Positions 13,765 through 29,789 of a DNA stretch of 64,000 nt are shown here, one piece after another. The position numbers and the translations under genes were made by a program. Under the pieces are notes generated by a model that was not told the origin of the DNA, did no database searches, and was given only the letters and a program-made list of their open reading frames with translations. The stretch spans positions 30,442,001-30,506,000 of the forward strand of contig OZ024752.1 in NCBI GenBank assembly GCA_964016885.1. Reading direction: 5' to 3'. This stretch comes from Eledone cirrhosa (Eukaryota). Positions within the stretch are counted from its first letter, which is position 1; each line of letters begins with the position of its first letter.

Positions 13765-14310
13765 AGGACTACATTAGTCATGTGACTGATACACTAGTGC
13801 CATGTGATAGCTAGCTACTGTCATGAGAGTGTTACACTAGTGTCATGTGACATCTTCATTTACTGATAATAGGACTGCACTAGTGTCATGTGACTACTGC
13901 ACTAGTGTCATGTGACTACTGCACTAGTGTCATGTGACTACTGCACTAGTGTCATGTGACTGCTGCACTAGTGCCATGTGACAGCTACACTAGTGTCATG
14001 TGACAGCTTCCTTTACTGATAATAGGACTGCACTAGTGTCATGTGACTGTTGCACTAGTGTCATGTGACTACTGCACTAGTGCCATGTGACAGCTACACT
14101 AGTGTCATGTGACAGCTTCCTTTACTGTTAATAGGACTACATTAGTCACATGAGAGCTACACCAGTGTAGATATCTACACTACAATCATGTGACAGCTGC
14201 ACTAATGTCATGTGACAGCTACACTACTGTCTGAGACTGCCACACTAGTGTCATGTGACAGCTACATGTTCTCATGTGACTGCTACACTAGTCATGTGAC
14301 AGCTACAGCC
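13765..14310. repeat. Degenerate ~22-bp minisatellite built on CACTAGTG and GTCATGTGAC
   Basis: Unit gcactagtgtcatgtgactact, about 20 copies, with longer spacer variants (tttactgataataggact). Confidence 0.9.
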
Positions 14311-14699
14311 TGAGGAGAGAGAGAGAGAGAGGCAATGACCTGTTGAAATCACATATTTGTTGTTCGAGGAATATCGTTTGTTGCTATTACTCTAATATTT
14401 TCATTTCTTGTAAAGATTGAATATATTTTATACATATGAAAATATGAAAATGATATTGTCACACACTGTGGGCTGTTTGTTAAATTATGCTGCATGACTT
14501 TCCATATAATTTTATTTTTTTAAAAGTTGCCAGATCTGCAACTGTAAATATGATTGATTTTCCTTTAGCACTTCTTCAAATTGGTTGCTGAGTTGTCAGT
14601 CTTGGTTTGCCAAAACATTTGGGATTAGGGATAATTGCTGGCCTTGTGCCACAAGTAGAAACAATTATTATTATTATTATTATTATTATATTGCACCAA

Positions 14700-14914
14700 T
14701 GCGGTGGATTGGCAGAATCAGTAGAGCGTCAGACACTGCTTTGCAGCATAGTTACGTCCCTTTACGCTCTGAGTTCAAATCCTGTCGGGGTTAGCCTTGC
14801 CTTTCATCCTTACGGGGCTCGGTAAAGTAAAGTACCAGTAATGCACTGGGGTCAATTTAATCGACTTTCCCCTTTCCCCAAAAAATTGCTGACCTTGTGC
14901 TTAAATCAGAAACC
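14700..14914 (+). mobile_element. Full-length tRNA-derived SINE (Nin-domain-like) with 15-bp TSD
   Basis: A-box-like tggcagaatcagtag, B-box-like gagttcaaatcc, core gcctttcatccttacgggg; TSD attatattgcaccaa at 14685-14699 and 14915-14929. Confidence 0.9.
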
Positions 14915-17624
14915 ATTATATTGCACCAAACTAGATACATATCTAAACATATTTAATATAATTAAATACTAAATATGTTTTCACATACTGAACTGCTTGA
15001 TAATCATATTGCATGATGTTTCATATAATTATAAAATACATTCTTATCTATAAAGCATATGATGAACAAGCAGCTATCGTGTATCAGCACCTCATTATGT
15101 TGAGTTTACTTTTGATGTAGAGGAATGTAATCTATAAACTAGAAAAATAATTATAGGTTAATGTCCTACTAGCATCATTGTTAAATGAATGCAATAACTT
15201 TTTAAAGATAATTGGTGTTATTGTTACAGATTGCCTTCAGTTGTTTCTGTATATAGTTAATTACCATCACTTCAAACAATAAAGAAGTGTGTGGTTTTTA
15301 TCAAGGCAAATCCAAGATTTTCAAATATTCTCAATTACTCACTTCAGTAGTTTCTTCTTCTTTATTTCTGTGTGTGACAGTGAAACATCAAATGGAAGTT
15401 ATGATACTTAATAGTTCTGTATAATATTAGAAAATTGTATGAGTTTAACTGTTGGTGTATATTTGATTCTATAGTATTTGAAATCAAATGATCTGTGCAG
15501 ATAGTTAAAATATAACAACAAATCCTTTACAAATCTCCAGAAAATTTAATAAATAGCTGTGGGCCTAAAAGTAGTTTAAGCAAAATCCCCAAAATTGTGT
15601 AGTTACAGTGAAAAAAAATGAAAATATTTTTATATTTATTGGGACAAAAGGGATTGATTCAGTGAAACTTGTCAATTCTGGATAATATAAAATAGCTTTG
15701 GAAAGATTCCATTTATCAAACGTTAATATTTTTGCACAAATTTGAATTTTTATTGACTTACACAAATCTATTTTTAAGATATTTAAATTAATTAAAGTAT
15801 GTATTTTTCAACAGCTGTAGGTTAATTAAATGTCTTTAATCAGTTGATACAATTCCTTCAGCTCACTTGATAAATAGTTACTACTTTATATACTTTATAT
15901 TCAATGTATTAAGTAGCTATCTTTAAAAGTGTTTAATCAATTTTTTTTCTATTGTAAAAATGCTTTTAAGAAGAATTATTGGGTAGCTTAACGTGACAAA
16001 ACTTCTTTGCTGGATATAAAAGTTTGTCATTGCTTTACACTGTCCTATTGGCATATTCTATGTATCTACTTTGATTTAGACATGTTTTTTTATTATTATT
16101 TGAATAATGTTTTTGTATTGGTACAGAAATTCAACTGCAATATATTTAGAAATATAAATGAATGTAACTTTTTATTCTTAATTAATATGCAAAAATATGC
16201 AAAAAAACTTTGTTAGTTTTATTCTTAATAACACAATTTCCTGTCACCTCAACTGTATTGTCTTTAAATAATATTGATTATATCCACAATGAATGAAATA
16301 AAAGCATTTTCCTATGCTTTTGAAATGAACTGACAATATAAATTGAATTTAAATTTGCTTGCTCTTCTAAACTAAAGTAACTTTTTATTTTTAATGATTT
16401 ATAATGCATCTTCATTCAGTTTACCAATTTTGGTAAACTTATTATTTTTTATGACTTGTTAACTATATTGCTAGGAATTTAAAAAAAATATATTTAAAGC
16501 TCTTGCATTTTTATTTTTTATTTTATTAATGTATAAAATTTAAATTCAAACCTTTATTCCTAAAAAAATATAAGAGAGGTAGGGTTTGTCTTTGATCTTT
16601 TATAATTATACGTGATAATTTTAAGTTTGGTTGTGTTTAAACATAGAAGTGGATATTAATAGAGTTAGGCTGAAATTATCAGTAATCAGATTCATTTTCT
16701 TTTAAGCATTAAGCAAAATGATTATCAGTTTTCCCTAGATATATGAATATTTAAAAAGAAGTGTGTGCAAGCACCTTAGAGTAGTAGTCAGCTCTCAGTG
16801 AATGAAAATTAAATTTCAATCTTTGGTTTGTTATTATATTTAATTTAAACTTCACTTGTGAACTTAGTGATAGTTAAAACTTGATTGGATCGATGATTGA
16901 TTGATTATATACTACAGAAATACAATGTCTTCCATATTGTTGCAACAACCCAGTGGTTTACAGAACATTTTAATTTCATTTCATGTTAATTATCATTATA
17001 TCAAAGTACAAGGATTCAAATGCATAGTGGTAGGGTAAAGAGGTAGCTAAATTGAGTCTGGTATATTGTGTATCAAGAGATGTTTGGTAAAATGATGAGA
17101 TTTGAATTCAAAATGTAAGGGAATAAAAATAAATTCTGCAGGGTATTTTACTGTTCCAGCTAATAAACAAACTAATATTGAAAGTATGCTATAAAGTATG
17201 ATATTAGTGGTTAAGGTGTAACTGGTTAGTGTAGATATGACCATAGCTTTAATAACTGTTTATTATTAAATATTTTAAACCAAGTAATAAGTTAGGAAAT
17301 GTGAAAATGCAAAACTCTTTTAAACATAAATTTATGAAACATTAAAAACTCAAGATGGAAGTCTATTTAAATCAGGTTTTAATTTACTGATATCTACTGA
17401 CAGATCTATAAAGATAATAATTTGCAGTGTGTATCCAGTTTAGAATAGGTACACTGCATCCTTGCATGTCATAAGATTGTTGACAGTAGGAATGTCATTC
17501 AGTTGTAAAACATTGCCTGAAAAAATCCTGTCAAATCCACAATGATGGTGATGATTTCTAACAGCTGTTGCAGATAGCAATTGCAGTATCTCCTGGAGAT
17601 TCAACCATTTCTATTATATTGCAA

Positions 17625-17770
17625 CCTTGAGTTCAAATCTTGCTGAAGTTAGCTTGCCTTTCATCCTTATGGGGTTGATAAAAAAAAGTACCAGTAATGC
17701 ACTGGCATCAATTTAATCAACTTTCCTCTCCCACAAAATTGTTGGCCTTGTACCTAAATTAGAAGCCATT
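17625..17770 (+). mobile_element. 5'-truncated SINE, same family
   Basis: tgagttcaaatcttgctgaagttagcttgcctttcatccttatggggttgataaaa...cctaaattagaagccattatt; imperfect TSD attata(t/a)tgcaac. Confidence 0.8.
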
Positions 17771-18184
17771 ATTATAATGCAACACATATCCATTATTATA
17801 ATGCAACACATATTTGAATAAAATTATTACATTCTTCTTCCATATAAAGATAAAAATTTAGTAACATGATATTTCTAGAACAATACCTCAACATTCCTGT
17901 ATTTTTAAGTGTATTCATTTGAAGCAATATATTCAAATGTAGCCATATCTTGCAATGTATCTTTTTTGATGTGAGTAGAATGACTCTACAAAGTCTGCAG
18001 TTTATAGTGTTTGTTAAGATTACTGAATTGATGCTTCAGCAGGAATTGGGGAAAGCATGTCAAGGTGATTCTCAAGACTCTTGATATTTTCACTTGGAGA
18101 ACTCCTGTCATACCACAGATAACAGTTAAGTATCCCCTAGGTTAGATCAGAAATGGCTGGACTATATATATGTGTGTCTGTATG

Positions 18185-18225
<41 letters not shown>

Positions 18226-18526
18226 ATGGCTGCAACTCGACTTCAGGTAATGCTATTGCTTGATACTTTAGCATGAGCATCACTGATGTGGTTTTTTAGT
18301 TCAGCTAAGGACTTGCCTATCACCCGAAATATCATGTATAGCAAAGAATATCACATGTCAAGTGATGCCTGTGCTTGAAGCTTCTTTAAGTGAGGAAAAG
18401 CTTTGCATGGGCCAATCCCACAACATCAACTGTATTTACCCAAAAAGAAGAACTGGTCTACACCAATGGATGCAAATGAAGTCGAAGGTTTTATCTCAGA
18501 GTGACCTTCTCCTAGAGAGATGTCTT

Positions 18527-18706
18527 ATGTATGTATGTATATATATATATATATATGTATCTATGTATATATATATATGTATCTATGTATATATATACAT
18601 ATATATCTATGTATATATATATATGTATGTATGTATATATATGTATGTATGTATATATATGTATGTATGTATATATATGTATGTATGTATATATATGTAT
18701 GTATGT

Positions 18707-18754
<48 letters not shown>

Positions 18755-18765
18755 GTATATATATG

Positions 18766-18804
<39 letters not shown>

Positions 18805-18991
18805 GTATATATATGTATGTATGTATATATATGTATGTATGTATATATATGTATATATGTATATATGTATGTATATATGTATATGTATGTATATATATGT
18901 ATATGTATGTATATATATGTATGTATGTATATATATGTATGTATGTATATGTATGTATTTATGTATATGTATGTATTTATGTATATATATG

Positions 18992-19022
<31 letters not shown>

Positions 19023-19025
19023 GTA

Positions 19026-19082
<57 letters not shown>

Positions 19083-19199
19083 ATATATATGTATGTATGT
19101 ATATGTATGTATGTATATATATATGTATGTATATATATATGTATGTATATATATATGTATGTATATATATATGTATGTATATATATATATGTATGTATG

Positions 19200-19250
<51 letters not shown>

Positions 19251-19698
19251 GTATATATATATGTATGTATATATATATGTATGTATATATATATGTATGT
19301 ATATATATATGTATGTATATATATATGTATGTATATATATATGTATATATGTATATATATATATATGTATGTATATATATATGTATGTATGTATATATAT
19401 ATATATATGTATGTATATATATATGTATATATATATGTATATATATATATATGTATGTATATATATATGTATGTATATGTATGTATATATATATGTATGT
19501 ATATATATATGTATATATATATATATGTATGTATATATATATGTATATATATATATATGTATGTATATATATATGTATGTATATATATATGTATGTATGT
19601 ATATATATATGTATATATATATATATGTATGTATATATATATGTATGTATATATATATGTATGTATGTATATATATATGTATATATATATGTATGTAT

Positions 19699-19732
<34 letters not shown>

Positions 19733-19800
19733 GTATATATATGCATATATATATATGTATGTATATGTATGTATATATATGCATGTATGTATATATATGC

Positions 19801-19831
<31 letters not shown>

Positions 19832-19911
19832 TATGTGTGTATGTATGTATGTATGTGTATGTATGTATGTATGTATATATGTGTATGTATGTATATATAT
19901 ATATATGTATG
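18527..19911. repeat. Compound (TA)n/(TATG)n microsatellite, ~1.4 kb
   Basis: Direct reading; explains the Y/I/M/C/V ORFs in the track. Confidence 0.98.
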
Positions 19912-20065
19912 TAGAAAGGATGTGATTAGTTGCAACTAATCACATCCTTTCTAACTTGACAGCGGCCACGTCACGATTCTTAGCCATTTTTTAATGTATT
20001 TTTATATACATATATATATATATATTATAAAAATAGAGAAAGAAGCCTTCAATACATCAAAAATC

Positions 20066-20120
20066 TTTATTAGCCTACAATGTTTCGTCCTATTAATAAG
20101 GACTCATCAGGGCAATTAAA
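20066..20120 (-). ncRNA. Minimal type I hammerhead ribozyme motif in a Penelope-like pLTR unit
   Basis: Minus strand: tttaattgcc CTGATGA gtcct tattaat aggac GAAA c att g TA^ggctaataaa. Intact core, 5-bp stem II closed by G-C, short stem III, GUA cleavage triplet, stem I gcc/ggc with imperfect extension. Confidence 0.85.
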
Positions 20121-21479
20121 CAGATAGGAAGCATTAACGGCCAGAACAAATCAAAACTCAGAAGAATAGGGAATTCATATCTATGAAAGCTTATGAGAGA
20201 TATGAAGGAAAAGCATGCTAAAGCTAAAAGTTTGCAGTTACAAAAATAGATTATATGGCAAGGAAGTGAGTCAAACCCACGTTGAAATTACAGTGTGATA
20301 CAAATACATTAAATACAACATGGTAATATAATATGAGAATTACAATACAATATAATGGGTAATAAAGCTTAATATATGTATGTATATATATATATATATA
20401 TATATATCCATATATATATACATTTACACAAACACATACTAACACTTAATAAGTATAAATATACTCTTTATAATATAAAATAAAATAAAAAAAAAATAAA
20501 AATTCCCTGACGGTGCGCATAAACTAAACAGAAAATAAACTATACAAAAAATAATATAATATAATATAATAATATAATAAAATATACAGACATCAAAAAT
20601 ATACAAAACTACGTCATACATGTCACTTAATGTCAACAAGTTGTATATAAAGTTTTACAAGGGCAAGAAAAAATATCTTAATAAAACTGGAGTATGTTGA
20701 AGAATATATATATATAGACATAAAATACATAAGTACATAAAGTATTGATAATAAGTATATAGATTACATTTATAAAATATTACAAAATATTATAAAATAT
20801 AACAAAACAGTACCTTAAAAATCAGACATAAAATAATACGTATAATTTCATTACATAGAAATAATATGATATATAAATATTAATATTATAATGATAAATG
20901 ATATAATAATATAAAAGCAGACTGGCAGAGTCAATTGAAATTGTTTAAGAGATATTTACGCGAATAATATATTATATTAATATAGGGAAGCAAGTTATTA
21001 TGCAAAGCATATTATAGGAAGATAAAGCAGCAAGTGGTAGTGAAGAAGTAATGATGATGATGATAGGACGACAGACATCAAGTGGTAGTAAAAAAATAAA
21101 TAAAATAAAACGAAGAACAAAAACAAAAACAAGCACAGTACGTAGCTATAACGATTCATTATGTAAACATAGAAATTATTATTATTCCAAACTAAAGAGT
21201 TGAATAGAAAACCTTATTAAATTAATTAATATTAAAATTGCCTAAAATATATTATTAGTAAGTCTAAATGGAATAAAGTTTAATTCATCAAAGTCGTACA
21301 AAATTAGGATATTACAATAAAAACTATAATATAATATATATTTTAAGATCCGATTATATGAACTACGTTACCAAAGAAAAAACTCTAAATAAAACTATGG
21401 TAGACCAATGGGAACAGAAAGAAGTGAAACTATGGAGGATAGGAAGGATCATAAAAGTAAAAGTTAATATATAATATAA

Positions 21480-22033
21480 CTAGCAGTAAAGCCCGGCGTT
21501 GCTCGGGGTCGCTCAGTAGCTGTGTTAAAGTTACAATGTTAAGTTTCTTTTTTGGCTTAAAGTCTGTCTGCACGACTGTCTGTCTGCACGCCTAACGAAA
21601 TTTACAGATACATATATTTTAAATCCGCTAACAGGGAATGTCAAGAGCTTCGGAAAATTAAATGTCTAATTTTGAGTTCGCTCCTGATGATTCCGAAGCT
21701 CTGGATATCCTCTGTTATAGGATGTCTTAAAATACGGATGAAACCATGGTAGAGGTAATTACGTATGTACGCAATTCTTCTAAGTTCAATTTTACACCTA
21801 ATTGTGTTTAGTTGACTGTATATCTGGTCGATTTTTACATGTTGTCGACATGTTAGATAAATATCTATCGTAGCCACCGCGAAGGGGCTGCTTTCGGTTA
21901 TTTGTCAGAGATTTCTTCATAGGAGCCTTTATTCTTATAGCTTGGTCTAATTGATCTTTTATATGGTTAATTATGCTAATTGGGAGAGGAAATAGTATAT
22001 ACTATATCTAGTGATTCTAAAGACATATTTTAT

Positions 22034-22035
<2 letters not shown>
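21480..22035 (-). mobile_element. Non-autonomous Helitron (3' end clear, 5' end uncertain)
   Basis: Minus strand ends ...ccccgagcaacgccgggctttactgCTAG|t: GC-rich subterminal hairpin plus CTAG followed by T. The 5' TC end is lost in or near the microsatellite. Confidence 0.7.
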
Positions 22036-24461
<2,426 letters not shown>

Positions 24462-25012
24462 TAGTGTTTATCAGATTACTGTGTAGCTATTTCATCAGGA
24501 ATTTGGGAAGACATGTCTATGTGTTTCTCAATAATGTAGTACATGGAGAACTCTTATACTACAGATAAGAGCTCAGTATCTCCTGACTGGGCGGAGGCAG
24601 AAATGGCTATCAGGAAAATGAATGTGAAGATGTAAGTTATCGTGGTTAATTTGAGAAGATTGATTACAGATAGATTTTGTTAATTGAAATCCAGCTTTAT
24701 ACCCAGCAAAGATAAAACAGTCAATTGTTAAAAGCACGTGGAGCATCAGGAGCTGCCAGCATCATTTTGAATTGTTTTAGGTCATCGTTAATATTGCAGG
24801 CTTTAATTTACTAAAAGCTGGGCACCTACTGGAAGATAGTTGCTTCCATGAATATTTATAACAGAAGCAGTAATAATAGCAGGTGCTAATTGTTGTATTT
24901 TGTAAAGATACAACCATTTTTATTATCATAATACATTATTTACATAAAATAACTACAGTGTATGAATAGAGTATCATTATTATTTTGCACAATCAACACC
25001 ATCAACATTATG

Positions 25013-25062
<50 letters not shown>

Positions 25063-25089
25063 CATCATCATCATCATCATCATCATCAG

Positions 25090-25475
25090 GGTGTTGGATT
25101 GGCAGTATCAGTGCTATGCTTTGCGGCATAGTTACAGCCCCTTACATTCTAAGTTCATATTCTGCCATGGTTAGCTTCACCTTTCATCCTTAGAGGGGGG
25201 GGGGAGGTCGATAAATAAAGCACAAGTAATGCACTGGGTTGAATTTAATCGACTTCCCCCCTCCTCCAAAATTGCTGGCCTTGTACCTATTGGATTGGCA
25301 GTATCGGTAGAGGGTCGGACGCCATGCTTTCCAGCATAGTTACGTCCCTTTACGATCTGAGTTCAAATCCCACCGAGGTTGACTTTGCCTTTCATCCTTA
25401 CGGGGTCGATAAAATAAAGTACCAGTAATGCACTGGGTAATTGCTGGCCTTGTGTCTAAAGTAGAAACAATTATT
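25090..25475 (+). mobile_element. Two tandem SINE copies (older diverged copy ~25090-25290, younger copy ~25291-25475) after an (ATT)n(ATC)n tract
   Basis: Both begin tggattggcagtatc and carry the cctttcatcctta...gtcgataaa core. Confidence 0.88.
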
Positions 25476-25639
25476 ATCATCATCATCTTCAGTATTCTAT
25501 GCTGGTTATGAGTTAGATTTGTATGTGTAGCAACATATTTTCAAGCTTGCCTTTCCTGCATCGTTTCATTTGTGAAACTTTACATTCTATAGTTGATTAA
25601 AAGAATGTTTCTTACTCCATTTTTACCCATTGTATATTC

Positions 25640-25890
25640 TTCCAAAACACTTGCTTGAGGGGATTCTTCTCTGCAGACCTTTTACTGTCCAGCTCTCCGG
25701 AGCCAAAACACTTGCTTAAGGGGGTGGTTCCTTCTCTGAAGATCTTCTGCTGTCTAGCTCCCATGGGCCAAAACATTTGCTTGAAGTAAGATAACTTCTC
25801 TAAAGACATTCTGCTGTCTCGCTCACCTGGGCTGAAACACTTGCTTGTGGGGTGTTTCTTCTCTGAAGACCTTCTGCTATCTATTTCTCC
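25640..25890. repeat. Degenerate ~62-bp tandem repeat, 4 copies
   Basis: aaaacacttgcttga...cttctctgaagaccttctgctgtctagctc recurs four times. Confidence 0.75.
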
Positions 25891-26426
25891 TCTCCTGAGA
25901 ATTTCTTACCCTTACTATATCTCCAAATCTTCATATATAACGATTAATTCTTGTGCTATCATCACATGTTCACTACTACATATCAGTGTCATTAAACTTT
26001 ATAGTCTAGGCACTGTTCTGTAATTGAATCCCACACCAACACTAATTGTCAACTAAGTAATATAACTTTAACTATTATCTTCAGTAGGCCAGTAGTGTAA
26101 CTAATTGATTGATTCTTCTCAATATTTATTGTGGTTTGTGGTGCCAGATATTGATTTCTCGTTAGTTTAAGTAAACTTCTAGAATATTTCATGCCGACAT
26201 AATACTGAACTTCATTCAGTTCTCTTTCTAACTTTCTTCACACACATGTATACATACAAGAATCATCACTAATCCTCTTGTATTGAACCTCTTAGATGAT
26301 TTACTACTAGTTAATGATTTAGTATTGATCTTATTCACTTTCAACCATCTTTACAGGGGGTCATTAGACCACGAGAGTCAAATTATTTGTTTATAGAAAC
26401 CACCATGTACAATTTGTTTTTGTTTT

Positions 26427-27782
26427 GAAATTGGGACACTGATATTACATTGTCTTGACATTGGGACACTAATATTACATTGTCTTGACATTGGGACACT
26501 AATATTACATTGTCTTGACATTGGGACACTAATATTACATTGTCTTGACATTGGGACACTAATATTACATTGTCTTGACATTGGGACACTATTATTACAT
26601 TGTCTTGACATTGGGACACTATTATTACATTGTCTTGACATTGGGACACTAATATTACATTGTCTTGACATTGGGACACTATTATTACATTGTCTTGACA
26701 TTGGGACACTATTATTACATTGTCTTGACATTGGGACACTATTATTACATTGTCTTGACATTGGGACACTAATATTACATTGTCCTGACATTGGGACACT
26801 ATTATTACATTGTCTTGACATTGGGACACTATTATTACATTGTCTTGACATTGGGACACTATTATTACATTGTCTTGACATTGGGACACTATTATTACAT
26901 TGTCTTGACATTGGGACACTAATATTACATTGTCTTGACATTGGGACACTATTATTACATTGTCTTGACATTGGGACACTAATATTACATTGTCTTGACA
27001 TTGGAACATTAATATTACATTGTATTGACATTGGGACATTAATATTACATTGTCTTGACATTGGGACACTAATATTACATTGTCTTGACATTGGGACACT
27101 AATATTACATTGTCTTGACATTGGGACACTAATATTACATTGTCTTGACATTGGGACATTAATATTACATTGTCTTGACTTTGGGACACTATTATTACAT
27201 TGTCTTGACATTGGGACATTAATATTACATTGTCTTGACATTGGGACACTATTATTACATTGTCTTGACATTGGGACATTAATATTACATTGTCCTGACA
27301 TTGGGACATTAATATTACATTGTCCTGACATTGGGACACTAATATTACATTGTCTTGACATTGGGACATTAATATTACATTCTCTTGACATTGGGACACT
27401 AATATTACATTGTCCTGACATTGGGACACTAATGTTACATTGTCTTAAAATTGGGAAACTAATATTGTCTTGACATTGGGACACTATTATTACATTGTCT
27501 TGACATCGGGACACTAATATTACATTGTCTTAAAATTGGGACACTAATATTGTCTTGTCATTGGGACACTTATTACATTGTCTTGACATTGGGACATTAT
27601 TGTTACATTGTCTTGACATTGGGACACTATTATTACATTGTCTTGACATTGGGACATTAATATTACATTGTCTTGACATTGGGACACTAATATTAAATTG
27701 TCTTGACATTGGGACATTAATATTAGATTGTCTTGACATTGGGACACTATTATTACATTGTCTTGACATTGGGACACTATTT
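26427..27782. repeat. 30-bp minisatellite, ~45 copies
   Basis: Unit ttgggacactaatattacattgtcttgaca; gives the VPMSRQCNIS / SQCQDNVILV repeat ORFs on the minus strand. Confidence 0.97.
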
Positions 27783-28497
27783 TTTGACACCTCTTGCAAA
27801 CCAGTCATACATCTATAACTTTTTATCATTGACTACCAAATTAAAATGTATGGACTTCCCTAAAGAGGCTATTATTTCTTTTTATACAGATTTTGGATTT
27901 TAAATTAGTCAGTGGAGAAATGGTTTCAGTCTTTGACTTATTTTTAGAATGTGTGGAAATGATTAGTTTTAGAGTTATGGATTTAACTCCCTTCATTAAC
28001 ATATTTCTAATGAAATGTATGTTGTATGTGTTTCAAATAATATTGACAATAATCAACAATTGGAAGGATTTAGTAAAATAATTAACTTCTCCATTATTCT
28101 ACTGGAGTTTAGAACATAGCTTAACAAAGGTTCTTACATAAAAATTATGGTGGAAGATTTTTAGGTAAGTATAAACACTTTAAAACAAACAGTTTGTATC
28201 GTAGGACCAGGGGTGGTTTGGTATTAAGAATTAATTATAAAATGGGATTCATGGTTTAAAACTTAAATGAATAATGTCTTTTTTAACTTGTAATAGAAAT
28301 CCCTATTTAATTTAATTATCGCAATAGCTATTCAATCTCATTACTGTCTCTAACAATGAATAAAACTGTCATGTGTATAAAATTTGAATTAGGTTTTATT
28401 AATCTGATAATTGGAGAATGAATGTTTATTGCAGAAATAATGTTTTTTGGATTATTTTTAAAACAGTTCACCTGTCTAAATCATTTTTACATTTGCA

Positions 28498-28670
28498 CTT
28501 ATAATAAAACCTTATTTATGATATGATATCATATGAAATTATAATAAAACCTTAGTTATTATAGGATATCGTGTGAAATTATCATAATAAAACCTTAGTT
28601 TTAGAATATCAAATGAAATTATTATAATAAAACCTTCGTTGTTAATAGGATAACATATGGAATTATTATA
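28498..28670. repeat. Degenerate ~40-45 bp tandem repeat, ~4 copies
   Basis: ttataataaaaccttagtt...gatatc...tgaaatt recurs. Confidence 0.7.
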
Positions 28671-29399
28671 TTCCAACTGGTTATTGTGATTATATTGTTT
28701 GTGTATACATTTTAATGTAGCAAGGATGCTATTATTAATACAATTATTATTGTTATTGCTTTGAATCTATTTTACTTTGGGGCAAGTTTTATTATTTTCT
28801 TGCCCCTGTCTGTTATTCAAATATATTTTGTTTTATTCCTTGCTCTTCAGTATTTCCTGTTTTTTTTTTTTGTTTTTTTTTTTAGTTTAAGATGTATAGA
28901 TACTTTAATGCCTTATTTTTTTCTTTTTCCTTTTTTTTGTACTTCTGTTAAATGTGCTTTTTGTGTGCTGGAAAGAGAAAAAAATAATGTATATATATAT
29001 ATATATACTGCTTCTCAATGCTTTCATTTTTGGAGTCCCGTTTTGGGTCCATTCTGATTTCTGTGAATGAGACATGGGTGATAAGCATGGAACAACGGAG
29101 AAGGTTGGGAAAAATGGAAATAAGAATGGTTGAGTAGATGAGTGAAGTATCACCGAGATAAACTGTTACTTGCAGAGGATGATGCAAATAGCCAGTGATG
29201 AATGTTGTGATGGGAAATGGAATGAGTTGAATGGAATGAGTTTTGAGGAAGAATGAAAGTGACTAAGTGTGAAAAGGGGTGGCAGTGAATGTGGAAGGAA
29301 GTAGAGGAAGGAGAAATCAAGAAAGACATGATTAAAGATGATGAGGGAAGAAATAAAAATTCTTCTGTAGCTCGATGAATCCTCTCCTGTATATTTTAA

Positions 29400-29604
29400 C
29401 TGTTTAGCATTTAAACTGGCCGTATCCAGCCAGAATTCTCTCACCTCTTTCTGTTCAAACTGGTCATAACTTGCCACTCATACTGATTTTAAGGTAATGT
29501 TCTCAAAATAAATATCAAAATCTCATAGATTCGATATTATGTGAGGTAAAGCCTTTACCACGAATATAGAATAGTATTTATAAAGTAATGTAAATGCTAA
29601 AGGA
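29400..29604 (+). mobile_element. piggyBac-type MITE
   Basis: TTAA at 29396-29399 and 29605-29608; degenerate TIRs ctgtttagcatt ... aatgctaaagga; body matches the copies at 30507, 41429 and 49234. Confidence 0.82.
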
Positions 29605-29789
29605 TTAATACAGTGCCAGCACTCCAGAGATTATCTAAATGCAGTACTTACCATCTTTATACTTAATGGTATGAATTCCACTTAGATACAGAATGTATAT
29701 GAAGTATGATATTGTGTAGTTGTGAACAACATGTTTACATTGAATGTAGAAGGTCTATGAAGGCTGGAAATAAATGAGGCTAGCATGAT

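Noticed and set aside
24620-24860. Possible decayed GIY-YIG C-terminus on the minus strand (LPVGA...CNINDDLK)
   Set aside because: Too short and frameshifted to call without an alignment
26357-26367. Possible alternative terminal furin exon (ctttacag then W-G-H-stop in phase 1)
   Set aside because: Would truncate the last P-domain strand; an acceptor-like sequence of this quality is expected by chance
26378-27829. Cys/Asn-rich decapeptide repeat ORFs (VPMSRQCNIS)
   Set aside because: Product of a 30-bp minisatellite; two minus-strand frames are open and there is no non-repetitive coding context or splice evidence
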